Positions 50,536 to 62,585 of a DNA stretch of 64,000 nucleotides are shown here, one piece after another. A program made the translations under genes and the position numbers. A model generated the notes under the pieces. The model was not told the DNA's origin. It did no database searches and saw only the letters and a list, made by a program, of their open reading frames with translations. The first letter of the stretch is position 1. Each line of letters begins with the position of its first letter. The stretch is from Eledone cirrhosa (taxonomy: Eukaryota): assembly GCA_964016885.1 (NCBI GenBank), contig OZ024743.1:243660001-243724000 (forward strand). The letters are read 5' to 3'.

Positions 50536-50558
50536 CATGTATATATATATATACTGTA

Positions 50559-51490
50559 TCATCATCATCATCACCGTTTTACGTCCGTTCTTCCACACTA
50601 GCATGGGTTAGACGGGTTGTCCTGTTGTGGGCAGTGTCTGGTCGGCTGACCATGTCTTGCTCATACAGGAACTGATTTGGCTTGATTTCTACAGCTGGAT
50701 GCCCTTCCTAACACCAACCTCATTTACAGGGAGTGCTGGGTGCTTTTCCGTGGCGCCTACACGTCCACTTTACAGTGTGGGCTGGGTGCTTTTTTGCCGT
50801 GGCACCTCCACGACCACCTTGCGGTGGGGGATGTGGGGGCATATTGTCTATATGCTTCAGCTTGTACCCATGGGAGGTCGGGTACTCTGTATTACTGCGT
50901 GACGCCAGAAGTCACGGTTGTGTGTCATTGCCTTTGAGAGGTGTAATTGGGTAAGGTCAGCTTTTATCACCTCATCCCAGGTCATCTTGGGTCTCCCCAC
51001 TCCGCGGTTTCCATCAACTTCTAGTGCTCTGCACCTTTTTATGCAGCTGTCATCCTTCATACGCATCACATGTCCATACCAGCAACCGCCTCTCCTGCAC
51101 ACAGCATTTGATTCCTCTTATGCTCAGTCTCTCTCTCAATTCATTTATGCTTTGCCGTTCATGTATATTACTGTTACACATCCATCGGAGCATGCAGGCT
51201 TCGTTTCTCTCTAATCTACGTAAGTCTTCCACCTTCAGCGCCCAGGTCTCACTACCATGTAACATTGCTGTTTGTATACACGCATCATACAGTCTGCCTT
51301 TCATTCTGAGGGAGAAGCCTTTTGCAGCTAGCAGTGGTAGTAGTTCCCTAAACTTCTTCCATCCCGTTCTTACCCTAGTTATTGTACTTTCTGAACACCC
51401 ACCTCCGCTGCTAATTCGGTCACCTAGGTAGCAGAAGCTGTCTACTGTTTCTACAGATCTCTCCCAGAGATTGGTGGTACTTGTTTCCTA
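50559..51490 (-). mobile_element. 5'-truncated RTE family A
   Basis: Near-identical to 38872-39810, with a frameshift in RRLRW. Confidence 0.93.
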
Positions 51491-51584
51491 TGGCTGTATA
51501 TATATATATGTATACTCTATATATATATATATATATATTGTATATATATATACTGTATATATATATGTACTGTATATATATATA

Positions 51585-51919
51585 TATCATCATTTCATTT
51601 TACGTCCGCTTTTTCCCTGCTTGCAAGGGTGGGACGGGAACTGATGCTGGCTTGATTTCTACAGCTGGATGCCCTTCCTAACACCAACCTCATTTACAGT
51701 GAGTGCTGGGTGCTTTTTTGCCGTGGCACCTCCACGACCACTTTGCAGTGGTATGATAGGGACCCCAGTCCATATCATCTCATTTCTACAGCTGAGTAAA
51801 CTGGAGCAATGTGAAATAAAGTGTCTTGCTCAAGGAAACAACACGTCATCCGGTCTGAGAATTGAACTCACAACCTTTCGATTGCAAAGCCAATGCTCTA
51901 ACCACTAAGCCACGTGCCT

Positions 51920-51921
<2 letters not shown>
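51585..51921 (-). mobile_element. SINE family S1, full length
   Basis: Close reverse-complement match to 45776-46123. Confidence 0.9.
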
Positions 51922-51985
<64 letters not shown>

Positions 51986-52083
51986 TCTATATATATATAT
52001 ATATATATATACTGTATATATATATACTGCATATATATATACTGTATATATATATGTACTGTATATATATATATATATATATA

Positions 52084-52131
<48 letters not shown>

Positions 52132-52191
52132 TGTATATATATATGTACTGTATATATATATATATACATACACACATATATACACACATGT

Positions 52192-52258
<67 letters not shown>
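51922..52258. repeat. Compound (TA)n/(TACTG)/(GA)n microsatellite. Similar tracts occur at 33030-33190, 34408-34740, 40050-40208, 41197-41372 and 47900-48033
   Basis: Read directly from the sequence. These tracts produce the spurious YI-repeat ORFs. Confidence 0.97.
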
Positions 52259-52259
<1 letters not shown>

Positions 52260-52534
52260 TGTGCAGCGCTGAGGCTAGAGGGACCACTGATCACGGGAGT
52301 ATTCAATACATGGTGTGATGCAGAGTGGGTACAGAGATATGTATATGTAGAATGAGGATGATAATGAAGTGGTGTATGTAGTGTAACTGTGAGACTTACA
52401 AATATGGAATGCCAGGCTGGAAACTCAAGCAAGCCCCACAGGCATATCTCGAAATGTTTCCACTCTCCTCACACATGACTTAATACCAATTTTGTTAGTA
52501 TGAACATACATACACATAAATATATATATATATT

Positions 52535-53081
52535 CAGTTGTTCCCCGGTATTCGCAGGGGTAACGTTCTTAGAGCACCTGCGAAGAGTGAAAAGCTGCAA
52601 GTATATTATAAGCATATATATGCTTATAAGCGTCAGAATATAACGTAAAATAAAATAAAAAAAAGAGAGATGATAGGACTGGGTCCCCTATCATTCCACT
52701 GCAAAGTGGTCGTGGAGGTGCCGCGGCAAAAAAGCACCCAGCACTCACTGTAAATGAGGTTGGTGTTAGGAAGGGCATCCAGCTGTAGAAATCAAGCCAA
52801 AATCAGTTCCCATCCCACCCTTGCAAGCAGGGAAAAGCGGACGTAAAATGAAATGATGATGAAATGAGAGAGTTTCTTATGTCCAATAGGCTGGCAAATA
52901 TGGTAAACTGTTATTAATAATTTAGCGTTAAAAAAATATATATTGCCACGAAAAAGCCATTAAAAAAATTGCGGAAGACATTTATGATTTCATGAATATG
53001 CGGTGGTTTCCACGAAGTATTAGTTAGGTTCTAAGGAAAATTCCGCGAATAACCGGAACTGCAAATGCCGGGGGTAAACTG
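52535..53081. mobile_element. pogo/Tigger-like MITE interrupted by a 5'-truncated S1 SINE (~52666-52865)
   Basis: TIRs CAGTTGTTCCCCGGTATTCGCAG and CTGCAAATGCCGGGGGTAAACTG|TA. Confidence 0.75.
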
Positions 53082-53219
53082 TATATATATATATATAAAT
53101 ATATATATGTAAATATATATATATATAAATATATGCCTACATTCAGATATTTGAAGAGCCAAATATCACACACATACATAAAACAGTGATAAGGCATTTA
53201 GATAGAAACTTCAACAAAC

Positions 53220-53307
53220 CTTTGTTATCAGAAACGTTGGCAGTAGGCACATTTTATCAACATCACTGGTAGCATAAAAGAAGGTTTTTAGAAAAACTGT
53301 GGATATT
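53220..53307 (-). CDS. FANCA: FANCA coding exon (ISTVFLKTFFYATSDVDKMCLLPTFLITK), 88 nt, phase 2 to 0
   Basis: ttaactttcttacAG / AAG|GTttgt. Phases fit, and the end resembles human CLSPGLIKK (recalled). Confidence 0.8.
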
Positions 53308-53342
53308 CTGTAAGAAAGTTAAATAAACAAAAATGTACTTAA

Positions 53343-53546
53343 CCCTTTAGCATTTACATTACTCTATATATACGATTATATTTTCATCATAAATGCTTTA
53401 TCTCACATATCGAATCTATGAGATTTTGAAAGTATTTATTTTGAGAACAATACCTTAACATCAGTTTGAGTGACCAGTTATAGCCAGTTTCAACAGAAAA
53501 AGGTAGAGAAATCTGGCTGGTTTTGGCCGGTTTGAACATTAAAGGG
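53343..53546. mobile_element. piggyBac-like MITE
   Basis: TTAA|CCCTTTA...TAAAGGG|TTAA; same family as 3492-3697. Confidence 0.8.
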
Positions 53547-53959
53547 TTAAACTTTATTTATAAATGATTAAATTTAGAAATAACAAGTATTTATTTTCCC
53601 TGCTAAATCTATGGTTAACCTTGCAGGCCCCTTGTCAAGCTTCTCCACTTTGTCCTATTGCCTGACCCACTCCCATCACCTTTCATTTCCTTTTCAATTA
53701 TTTCTAGTCATGCCTTTCTTGGCCTTCCCTTCCATATTAATTTCCATCATCCCTCTCATCTCGTCACCTTTATCCTTCCTCAATACATGATGCAACCATT
53801 CCATTTCTCTTCACATCACTGGCTCTATTCCCATCATCCTCTACAATTCATTATTTGTCTTCCTCTCTGTGTGATACCCCACTCATCCACCAAACCATTC
53901 TCATTTAGAGAATACAACTTTATTAATTGTTTATATTTCCTTTACAGGTACAACATAAA

Positions 53960-54325
53960 TTGTACCCAGTCCACATTGTAAACTGGTAGTGTTTTGCCAT
54001 AGTAAATTGCATCCAGCACACCCTGTAAAGTGATAGTGCTGCTGCCATAATAAAATGCTCCCAGTACACTCTGTAAAGTGGCAGTGTTGGTGCTATAATA
54101 AATTGTACACAGTACATAATGTAAAGTGTTTGTGTTGGTGCCATGATAAAATGCACCCATGACCCTGTGGTTGGCACTAGGTAGGATAGTTAGTCATAGA
54201 AACCATGGCTAGATACTGGAACGTTTGAACAAGATATAATCTCTCTAACCTACCTAGTCACATACCGTGATAACCTGTTCAGCTCATGCTAGCATGAAAA
54301 GCAGATGTAAAATGATGATAATGAC
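53960..54325 (+). repeat. Old RTE 3'-UTR-derived element with ~5 tandem ~43-bp modules
   Basis: Repeated gtgccat(g/a)ataaaatgcacccagtacact.tgtaaa, ending in catgctagcatgaaaagcagatgtaaaatgatgat. Confidence 0.65.
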
Positions 54326-55051
54326 TAAACATTTCATCAGATTCCCCACCAGCAACACACACACACATTGTCATCTGTGAACAGGCTTGAATTTGTTTTT
54401 CCTCTCCTAAATCAGAGCTTAGCCTTGCGAGGCCCCATGACAAACTTCTCCATTTTACCTATTTTACTCAAATATTTCCTCCTCCATCATCTTTAGCCAT
54501 GTCCTTCTTGGTTTTATTCCTCTACTTCCCTCTACATTCATTTCCATTGCTTCTCTTCCCTCCTCACATTCCTCCTTCAACATGACCTGACCATCTCATT
54601 CTATTTTTTTACACAATACTCATCATTAGCTCTCTTCTCATCATGTACCTCTAGCTCTGTATGTTTTAAAAGTTGGCACCAGGAAGGGCATCAGGGCATA
54701 AAACATTATCTCAAAAAAAGATCCCATGATGAGAATAACATCATGATCATTTAACATTGGTTTTCCAGGCTAGCATATAGGTTAGACAGGTTATCACAAT
54801 CTAAGACTAGATGGATTGGAGAGACCATATCTTGTTCTATACTTTAGGATGCTTTCTACAACCAGATGCCTTTCCTAACATCAACTACTTTACAGCATGC
54901 ACTGGCTGCTTTTTATCATGGCACCAAGACTTTCACTTTACAGAGTGTACTGGGAGTATTTTATCGTAGCATGAGAACTAGAGAAGTTGTCATGTTATCA
55001 GTAAAGTTGAAGAGTCCTCTCTACTTTGTATTGTCTTCTTTATATAATAAG

Positions 55052-56240
55052 ACGAGGGTCAGATGAAAATTTCATAGGCTCACCAAGATAACCTTATGGA
55101 ATGTGACTATATGAGGTTTATTTTTCAACATAGTACCCTTTGTGGTCCACACACTACTTCCTTCGGTGTTGTAGTGAAGCCTTCATGCTGTTGGTAAAAA
55201 AAGTCATCAACACTGTGACACTAGTTCCTAGCCATGTGCTTTTTTCATGTTGTGGAACATGATAGTCAGATGGGGCTAAATCAGGAGAATAAGGAAGGTG
55301 ATCAACCAGTTCAAAGCCGCAGTCATGCACAGCAACCATTGAAACAAATGACTTGCATGCTAGAACAATGTCCTGATAAAACAAGACCCCTTTCATCAGT
55401 TTTCCTGGGCGTTTGGTCTGGATAGCCTTTCATAACTGCCTCAAAAAGTTGGCATAGTACTCTCCATTGATGGTGTGACCCTTTTGCATCCCCTTAAAAC
55501 TGAGGCCATCACCATTCCTGAAGATGAAATGGCCTTGACCTTCCTTGGAACAGGTGAGGAGGGTATTTCCACTGCATGGATTGTCTCTTTGTCTCTGGCT
55601 CAAAGTGATGAACCCAGCACTCATCCTGGGTAAGGAAATCAGCTGAATCTGCCTCAAACAATGTCATATTTTCAGCCTGGTGTGCTTTTGATCAGGTATC
55701 AGAAACCACCGAGCAGAAACCTTCATCATGCCAAGTTCATTGAATAGAATATTCTCAACTCTCACAGAATATGCTAATAGCAATGGCTATTTGATTTATA
55801 GTCAATCAACTGTCATCCATCACTATGTGGTGAATATGATTAATGTTTTCCTTGGTGGTGGCAGTTGCAGGACGTCCAGACCTTGGGTTATCTTCAAGAC
55901 TCTCTCTTCCCCTCCTAAATTCAGCTGCCCACTTTTGCCCTATTGATAAAGTTGAAGCGTCATCCCGTAATATAGCATCCATATCAGCATGAATGTCTTT
56001 GGGGGCTAAACCCCTTTTCTGTCAGTACTTGATAACACCACAATGCCAAATTTTATCAATTTTCAAGAGAAGTCGCTACTAGTTACTTTTGAAATTTTCT
56101 TTGAACAGTCAGATGTCAGTTTACCTAGAAAGAAACAATGCAGTTTTGAATAAGAAAAGTTGAAATGAATACATGCAAGATTTCACAGCTCTAGTATCAC
56201 TCCTTCATAGTCAACCTATGAACTTTTCAGTCCACTTTTG
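55052..56240 (-). mobile_element. Decayed near-full-length mariner transposon
   Basis: Imperfect TIRs (cgagggtcagatgaaaatttcataggctca / tcaacctatgaacttttcagtcc), HLPYSPDLAPSDY and a WVHHFEPETKRQSMQWK remnant. Confidence 0.85.
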
Positions 56241-56283
56241 CAAGAAAAAAAATAGTGACAGCCCATAGCATCCATCAACTTAC

Positions 56284-56477
56284 TGCAAGAGAAAATTGGT
56301 TTCTTCAGCTGTTGAACATGGTAGAATAGTCCATAGTAAGTTAGGGAATTTTCCAATGGTTTTATCAAGTCCAGGACAACCAAGAATCTGAACTTGTGGC
56401 AAACAGTCATAGCAGAGTGTTAGATGACACAAGATAGCTCCTAATCCTAGGATTTGCTCACGTAACATCAAATTCCA
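56284..56477 (-). CDS. FANCA: FANCA coding exon (WNLMLREQILGLGAILCHL...TILPCSTAEETNFLL), 194 nt, phase 0 to 2
   Basis: ttttcattttgtAG / GTaagt. ILGLGAILCHL..LPQV is similar to human VLGLAALAVHL..LPEV (recalled). Confidence 0.9.
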
Positions 56478-56604
56478 CTACAAAATGAAAAAAAAAGAGA
56501 AATACTGGTGAAGAAAAGCAGCAAGCCTTGTATAGCCATTTTCCATATTAATGCAGGCCTCACGAAAGGGTTCATCTTTAAAGCAACATTTTACTTTATT
56601 TTAT

Positions 56605-57430
56605 AAATAATAATTGTTTCTACTTTTGGCACAAGGCCAGCAATTACCCAGTGTATTACTGGTACTTTATTTTATCGACCCCATAAGGATGAAAGGCAAA
56701 GTTAACCTCGGCGGGATTTGAACTCAGAATGGCAAGGGCCGTAACTCTATGCGTCAAAGCATGGCGTCCGACCCTCTACCGATACTGCCAATCCACCGCC
56801 CTTTTATAAATAATAATTGTTTCTACTTTAGGCACAAGGCCAGCAATTACCCAGTGCATTACTGGTACTTTATTTTATCGACCCCGTAAGGATGAAAGGC
56901 AAAGTCAACCTCGGCGGGATTTGAACTCAGATCGTAAAGGGACGTAACCATGCTGGAAAGCATGGCGTCCGACCCTCTACCGATACTGCCAATCCAATAA
57001 TAATGGTGTCTGATTTAAACATATGGCCAACAATTTTGGAGGAGAGAAAAGTTGATTAAATCGACCCCAGGGCTTTACTGGTACTTTATCTTATTGATCA
57101 TGTAAGGATGAAAGGCAAAGCTAACCTCGGTGGGATTTAAACTCAAAATGTAAAGAGTATTAAGTCTATGCTGCAAAGCATGTTGTCTAATGTTCTACCG
57201 ATACTGCTGATCCACTGCCCTTTCATTGACACCTAAAATAATGACAGGCCAAGTTGATTTTGGAAGGATTTGAACTCATAATACAAAGAGGTGAAATAAA
57301 TGCAGAAAAGCATTTAATTTGATAATCCACCATTTCTGTCACATTGCTAATAAATCATAATTATTATAATAATGGTTTCTAATTTAGGCACAAGGCCAGC
57401 AATTTCAAGGGAAGTGAATTAAATCGACAC
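56605..57430 (-). mobile_element. Head-to-tail cluster of S2 SINEs (56605-56801, 56806-56995, 56997-57220 and more decayed pieces)
   Basis: Repeated ggcacaaggccagcaat...atcgacccc.taaggatgaaaggcaaagt.aacctcggcgggatttgaactcag; B box GAGTTCAAATC on the minus strand. Confidence 0.88.
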
Positions 57431-58135
57431 TGACACAACTGTGTCAAAAACATGAAAACCTCCATGGTGATGGTGCCATGATAAAATGCACTCAATAGAG
57501 CGAGGGAACATATGCAAGCAAAAAGTGGATCCCCAGCACTATCTGAGCATTCGGTAGAGTAAAGGAATACATGTGAGATATGGGCCCTGGTCCGTCTGAG
57601 AAGTCATTAGTTTTGCTTGAGTGCTGACTTGGTCTGTGACGATTTGTCCAACTCTTCTAGCAGGGAGAATGGACATTAAAGGATGATGGTGATGATGACG
57701 AAAGATGAAAGGCAAAGTTCTCTCCAACAGAATTTTAATTTGGAACAGAATGATTCAGAATAAATACCGGAAAGTATTCTATTTGACACCCTAACAACTC
57801 TGGTAATTCACTGCCTGCATTACTAATGATAACTTTTTCAAACATTGGCACAAGGCCAGTAAACTGGGGAAGAGAAAAGTTGATTAAATCAACCCCAATG
57901 CTTGAGTGATACTTTATTTTGTCAACTCCAGAAAGATGGAAGGCAAAGTAGGCTTTAGTGGGATTTAAACACTGAACATAAAGAGTTGTCATTAGACACT
58001 GTGAAGCATCCCGTCTAATGCTCTACCAATTTTGCCATTCAATGCTATCATTAATATTATTATCAATAATAACATAAATAATAAGAAAATGTAGAAAAAG
58101 AAGCATAAGAAGGAGAAGACTGATAATGTTGTCAC

Positions 58136-58300
58136 CTGAAGAACTGTCCATCGCCAGAGACAATGGAATATTGCTGGTAGAAGTTGAAGGTTTGTTGCAA
58201 TAACTTCAAATAATCGACTTATCCAGGTACTGTCATAAGTAACCATATTTTTGGACAGGAGAAATGCCTTTGATATAAAGTTCAGGAGAGTATTAGCTAT
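58136..58300 (-). CDS. FANCA: FANCA coding exon (IANTLLNFISKAFLL...LLPAIFHCLWRWTVLQ), 165 nt, phase 0 to 0
   Basis: ttattattttcAG / CAG|GTgac, inside ORF 57992..58483. Resembles human VLPAVLTRLCQLLRHQ (recalled). Confidence 0.88.
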
Positions 58301-58344
58301 CTGAAAATAATAAATAAATAAATATATATATATATATACACACA

Positions 58345-59260
58345 CGCACTCTGTAAAGTGGATGGTGTTAAGAAACAATGCCAAAAAGGATTTGAGAGGT
58401 TTCTTTAGTTGCATCAAGAACATAGCATCCTCTTTGGCACCATGAAAAATTACACCTAGTACATTTTGTGAAGTGGTTGGCATTAGGAATGGCTTGCAGA
58501 CATAGAAGTAATGTTGAAAAGGGTTCAGAGGATTCTTTAGTCATGTCAAGGACACAAAAACCTCTCTAGTGGTGGCACCCCATTAAAATGTACCTGATAC
58601 ACTCTAAAACGGTTGGCGTTAGGAAGGCAATTCAGATGTAGAAACCATGCCATATAGTGTTGAGAGGAGTCTTCAGTCATGTCAATTACATGACAAACTC
58701 TATAGTGCTGCAGCTATGATAAAATGGATTCTGTACATCATGTAAAGTAGTTGGCATTAAAACGGGAGTCTAACAGTAGGAGCCATACAAAACAAAGTGT
58801 TGAGACAACTCTTCAGTTATGTCAAGGATGATAACCTCCTTAGTGCTGTTAACATGATAAAATGCACCCAGTACACTCTATAAAGAGGTTGGTGTTAGGC
58901 AAGGTATCTAGCCATAGAAACCATGCCAAAAATAAAAAAAAAGGACTTGAGGTCTTGTTAGTTGCGTCAAGAATGTAACAACCTCTCTGGTGCTAGCACC
59001 ATGTAAAAATACACCCAGTACACTCTGTAAAGATATGATGACCTCCTTAGTGCTGTTAACACTATAAAATGCACCCAGTTCACTCTGTAGAAAGGTTGGT
59101 GTTGAGAAAGGTGTAAAACCATGGCAAAAATTGAAATTTATGAATGTGAGGCAGTCCCTCCAATCAGTGTAGGAAGGCAGTAACATCAAATAAGAACTGA
59201 TTCAAACTATAACCTGTCCAATCAATGCCAACGATAGAAATAAAAAATCAGATGATGACA
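58345..59260 (+). repeat. Degenerate tandem ~120-bp modules derived from an RTE 3' UTR
   Basis: Recurrent aaaatgcacccagtacactct.taaag.ggttgg.(g/a)ttagg..ggc....gtagaaaccatgcc. Confidence 0.65.
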
Positions 59261-59630
59261 ATGAATATCTAAGAGACAAATTTTATTTTTTTTTGCACCT
59301 TCAATGGCAAAAGTTTATCAAGGGTATGACAGCCTCCCTAGTGCTGGTGCCTTGATAAAATTGCACACAGTACATTCTGTAAAGTTGTTGGTGCTTGGAA
59401 TTGCATCCAGCTATAGAAATCAACACAAAAAATGTGAGAAATGTCTCCAATACCTGTCTGGGAATACAGTAGCTTTCATTAAGTACTGAATTGATCTCTG
59501 TTGACCTGTCCAACACATGCCAGTATAGAAAAATAAATGCTAAATGATGATGATGGTGCTGATGGTAACAATGATGGAGGTGACGAGGAGGATGTTGATG
59601 ATGATGACAGTGATGAGCCTAGTTGCTTAC

Positions 59631-59767
59631 CTGTGCATGTCTATTTTCCAAAGATGGTTTCATAACATCAAGTATCATAATATTTTTCTTCTTGGTCAAT
59701 AACAGATCACTCTGGGGGTCATTGTTTAACAGAGTTTTCAAACATTCCGAAATAAGTGAAATGGCTT
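59631..59767 (-). CDS. FANCA: FANCA coding exon (EAISLISECLKTLLNNDPQSDLLLTKKKNIMILDVMKPSLENRHAQ), 137 nt, phase 1 to 0; an alternative in-frame AG would start it at 59773
   Basis: tttcAG / CAG|GTaagc. Resembles human AQVAVISERLRAVLG...PRLEPREH (recalled). Confidence 0.85.
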
Positions 59768-59914
59768 CTGAAACTAATGGAAAGCAGTCAGTGTAGAAAA
59801 AGATTTTTAAAAAAATGACACACAGATGTTTGTATGTTGCAACAGTAACATTTATAGAATTATCCTACGTATGCACACTGGAGTTCGTATATTGTTTCAG
59901 TAACATATATAGGA

Positions 59915-60310
59915 TGGACACAGAGTTGCTGAAGCATGGAACAGACTGCCTGCGTCAGTTGTTGGCTGCCGAGACGCTGCATCCTTTAAGACACTCATGC
60001 TTCCTGAAATACGCCAAAGCTACACCTGATGTGCCCCTTCCATACACATGCACACATGTGTGTATCATGACTCGTGCACTGTTCATTTTACTGATGTTTG
60101 TGCATTGCCCTATGTACTGTACATGCACTTTTTTGATGGGTTGTGGTGCACCTGGACACTGTGCACAATATTTCATTATTGTTATTGTTATTATATCATG
60201 ACTCATACACTGTTTATTTTCCTGACATTTGTACATTATTCTATGTACTATACATGCACCTTTGATGAGTTGTAGTGCACCTGAGCACTGTACACAATAA
60301 TTTCATTATA
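59915..60310 (+). mobile_element. CR1/L2-clade LINE 3' end with a duplicated ~130-bp 3' UTR
   Basis: HRVAEAWNRLPASVVGCRDAASFK...*; 60063-60180 is repeated at 60194-60310. Confidence 0.75.
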
Positions 60311-60320
60311 TCATACACAC

Positions 60321-60694
60321 CAGTGGCGAAGGGTAACCTGGAAAGCAGGGCATGCAGTCCAATCGCCATGGCGAAAAGTGGGGCTGTGCAGCCTTATCCC
60401 CCCCCCCCCCATTCCCTCTAAATGACCCTCCCAGTCAAAGCCGCATGTAGTGTTATCTAGTGTGTGTGTGTGTTATCTTTTTATGTGTCTACGATTTAGT
60501 AAGCAGTCAAAATTCTGCTTGCCCCAAAGCTGTCGTGTGTTTATGTGTATGTGTTTGTGTTTATGTGTGTGTTATCTTTTTTTGTGTCTATACGTTTTAG
60601 TAAGCAGCCAAAATTCTGCTTGCTTCAACCGACGCAATTGATCAACTCAAGATTCTATAACGCATGCACTGCATGCACGGACCCTTCGCCCCTG
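60321..60694. mobile_element. hAT-type MITE (374 bp)
   Basis: TIRs CAGTGGCGAAGGGT / ACCCTTCGCCCCTG and a perfect 8-bp TSD ATACACAC (60313-60320, 60695-60702). Confidence 0.92.
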
Positions 60695-61344
60695 ATACAC
60701 ACAGGTTATGATAATAACATGTATAGTATGGATATACACATATATACACACTGGTGTCTGTATGTTGATGGTATGTTTAGTAGAAAATCACTCTGTTGGA
60801 AGCATTTGAGAAAGACCTCTGGTTTAAGGATTTTTTCATCCCTCCTTCTGGCATGGGTTGGTTCGATTGTCACAGTTCACGACTAGACATGGTAGAGAGA
60901 CCCTATCTTGCTAATACATTTCATATTTTAGCATAGTTTCTATGGCTGAGTCCTTCCTAACACTAACCACTTTACAAGGTGTATTGAGTGCATTTTGTTA
61001 TGGCACCAACACTAGAGAGGTTGTCAGCCAAAGGGACCTCTCTATTCCATGCTGTCTTGGTCTGTTCACTCACTATCTTACTGAGTGCATTTTATTGTAT
61101 TAGCCAAAAAAGAAGTTGTCTTTTCCACTGTAGGCTAAAAGGACCTTACCACTCCACATAGTCTCTGATCTCTCCCATCATTTACTTTTAGCAAATGACC
61201 AATTAACTCAATCCTTACACTCTTTTTATGCATCACACGACCATACCAATGCAATCATGTCTCTTGCACACTCCATCCAAATCTTCTTATGCTCAGCAAA
61301 TTTATTTTTAACATTGCTGTTAAAAAATCCCGTATCATCATTAA

Positions 61345-61759
61345 TGATAATTGTTTTTACATTTGGCACAAGGCCAGCAATGTGAAGGGAAGGAGAAAGT
61401 CGATTAAATTGCACCCAGTGCTTTACTGGTGCTTTATTTTATTGACCTCTAAGGATGAAAGGCAAAGTTAACCTCGGATTTGAACTCAGAATGTAAAGGG
61501 TCATAACTTTGTGCTACAAAGCATGGTGTCCAATGCTCTACTGCTGATCCACTGCCCTATCGATAATAATTGTTTCTACTTTTGGCACAAGGCCAGCAAT
61601 TATCCCAGTACATTCCTGGTACTTTATTTTATCGGCCCCGTAAAGATGAAAGGCAAAGTTAACCTCGGTGGGATTTGAACCCAGAACGTAAAGGGGCACA
61701 ACTCTATGCCGCGAAACATGGTGTCTGACGCTCTACCGATACTGCCAATCCACTGCCCT
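61345..61759 (-). mobile_element. Two tandem S2 SINEs. Others lie at ~57825-58040 (-), 62135-62270 (-) and 62300-62500 (+)
   Basis: Same motifs as the 56605 cluster. Confidence 0.85.
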
Positions 61760-61785
61760 AATAATAATAATAATAAAAGACCTAC

Positions 61786-61962
61786 CACTTGTCTTGAAGA
61801 CATTCTCTGGTAAACTTCTTGATTCACTGACAGTTTCTACCAGTTGTTGCAAAACTGTTTCTAGTTTCTGTAGAAATGTTAGTTCCTCTGTTAAATTGGT
61901 GTTGTTACTGTTGTCCTCTGTTAAATTGGTGTTGTTACTGTCTTTGATGTAGGTAGAAGTTT
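61786..61962 (-). CDS. FANCA: FANCA coding exon (ETSTYIKDSNNTNLTEDNSNNTNLTEELTFLQKLETVLQQLVETVSESRSLPENVFKTS), 177 nt, phase 1 to 1
   Basis: ttccattatccAG / GTagg, open frame, phases match both neighbours. KLETVLQQL is similar to human QLTAALGEL (recalled). Confidence 0.8.
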
Positions 61963-62508
61963 CTGGATAATGGAAGTAAAACAGAAATTATTAATGAAAG
62001 TAGTAATGGTTGTTGTGGTAGCAGTTGTGGTATGATAGTGATAATTAATGGTGGTAGTAGGGGTTGCAGTGGTGATAATGGCGGAAGTAGTAATGTCATG
62101 GGCTCTTCTGATTTGTGAGAGAGAGAGAGAGAAAAACTGAGTCCAGTAATTAATTGGTACTTTATTTATTGACCTTGAAGGGATGAAAGGCAAAGTTGAC
62201 TTTCACAGGATTTGAACTCAGAGCGCAGTAGAGTCAGAATAAATACCATCTGCCATTCTATCAACTCAACCAAATCGTCATTTTAGCTGTAGTAATAGTG
62301 AATCAATATTGTAACGGACATGCTTTATGGCATAGTGTTACACCCCTTTGCGATCTGAGTTCAAATCCTACTGAGGTTAGCTTTGTTTTACATCCTTACA
62401 AGGTCGATAAAATAAAGTACCAGTAATGCATTGGGATCGATTTAATCGACTTTCCCCAAACATTGTTGGCCTTGTGCCTAAATCAGAAATCAATATTATA
62501 ATACTAAC

Positions 62509-62585
62509 CAGAAGTAGTAGTAATCATTAATTGTTGACAAGTATGGATATAATTTCCGTAATGGCTTTTAGGCAGTTTCCCAGCT
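62509..62585 (-). CDS. FANCA: FANCA coding exon (AGKLPKSHYGNYIHTCQQLMITTTS), 77 nt, phase 2 to 1
   Basis: ttatctttactttAG / GTtagt. Resembles human ADKIPPSLYSTYCQAC (recalled). Confidence 0.85.

Noticed and set aside
49041-50675. Plus-strand ORFs opposite the RTE RT (also 30653, 39307, 40251)
   Set aside because: Antisense shadows of RTE coding sequence with no independent motifs.
32903-52432. Many YIYI/ICIY ORFs in the ORF track
   Set aside because: They are translations of (TA)n microsatellites.
52400-52465. Candidate FANCA exon [14 protein letters not shown] before a gtaagt
   Set aside because: An in-frame TGA lies just upstream and there is no good acceptor. The 7260-7394 exon fits better.
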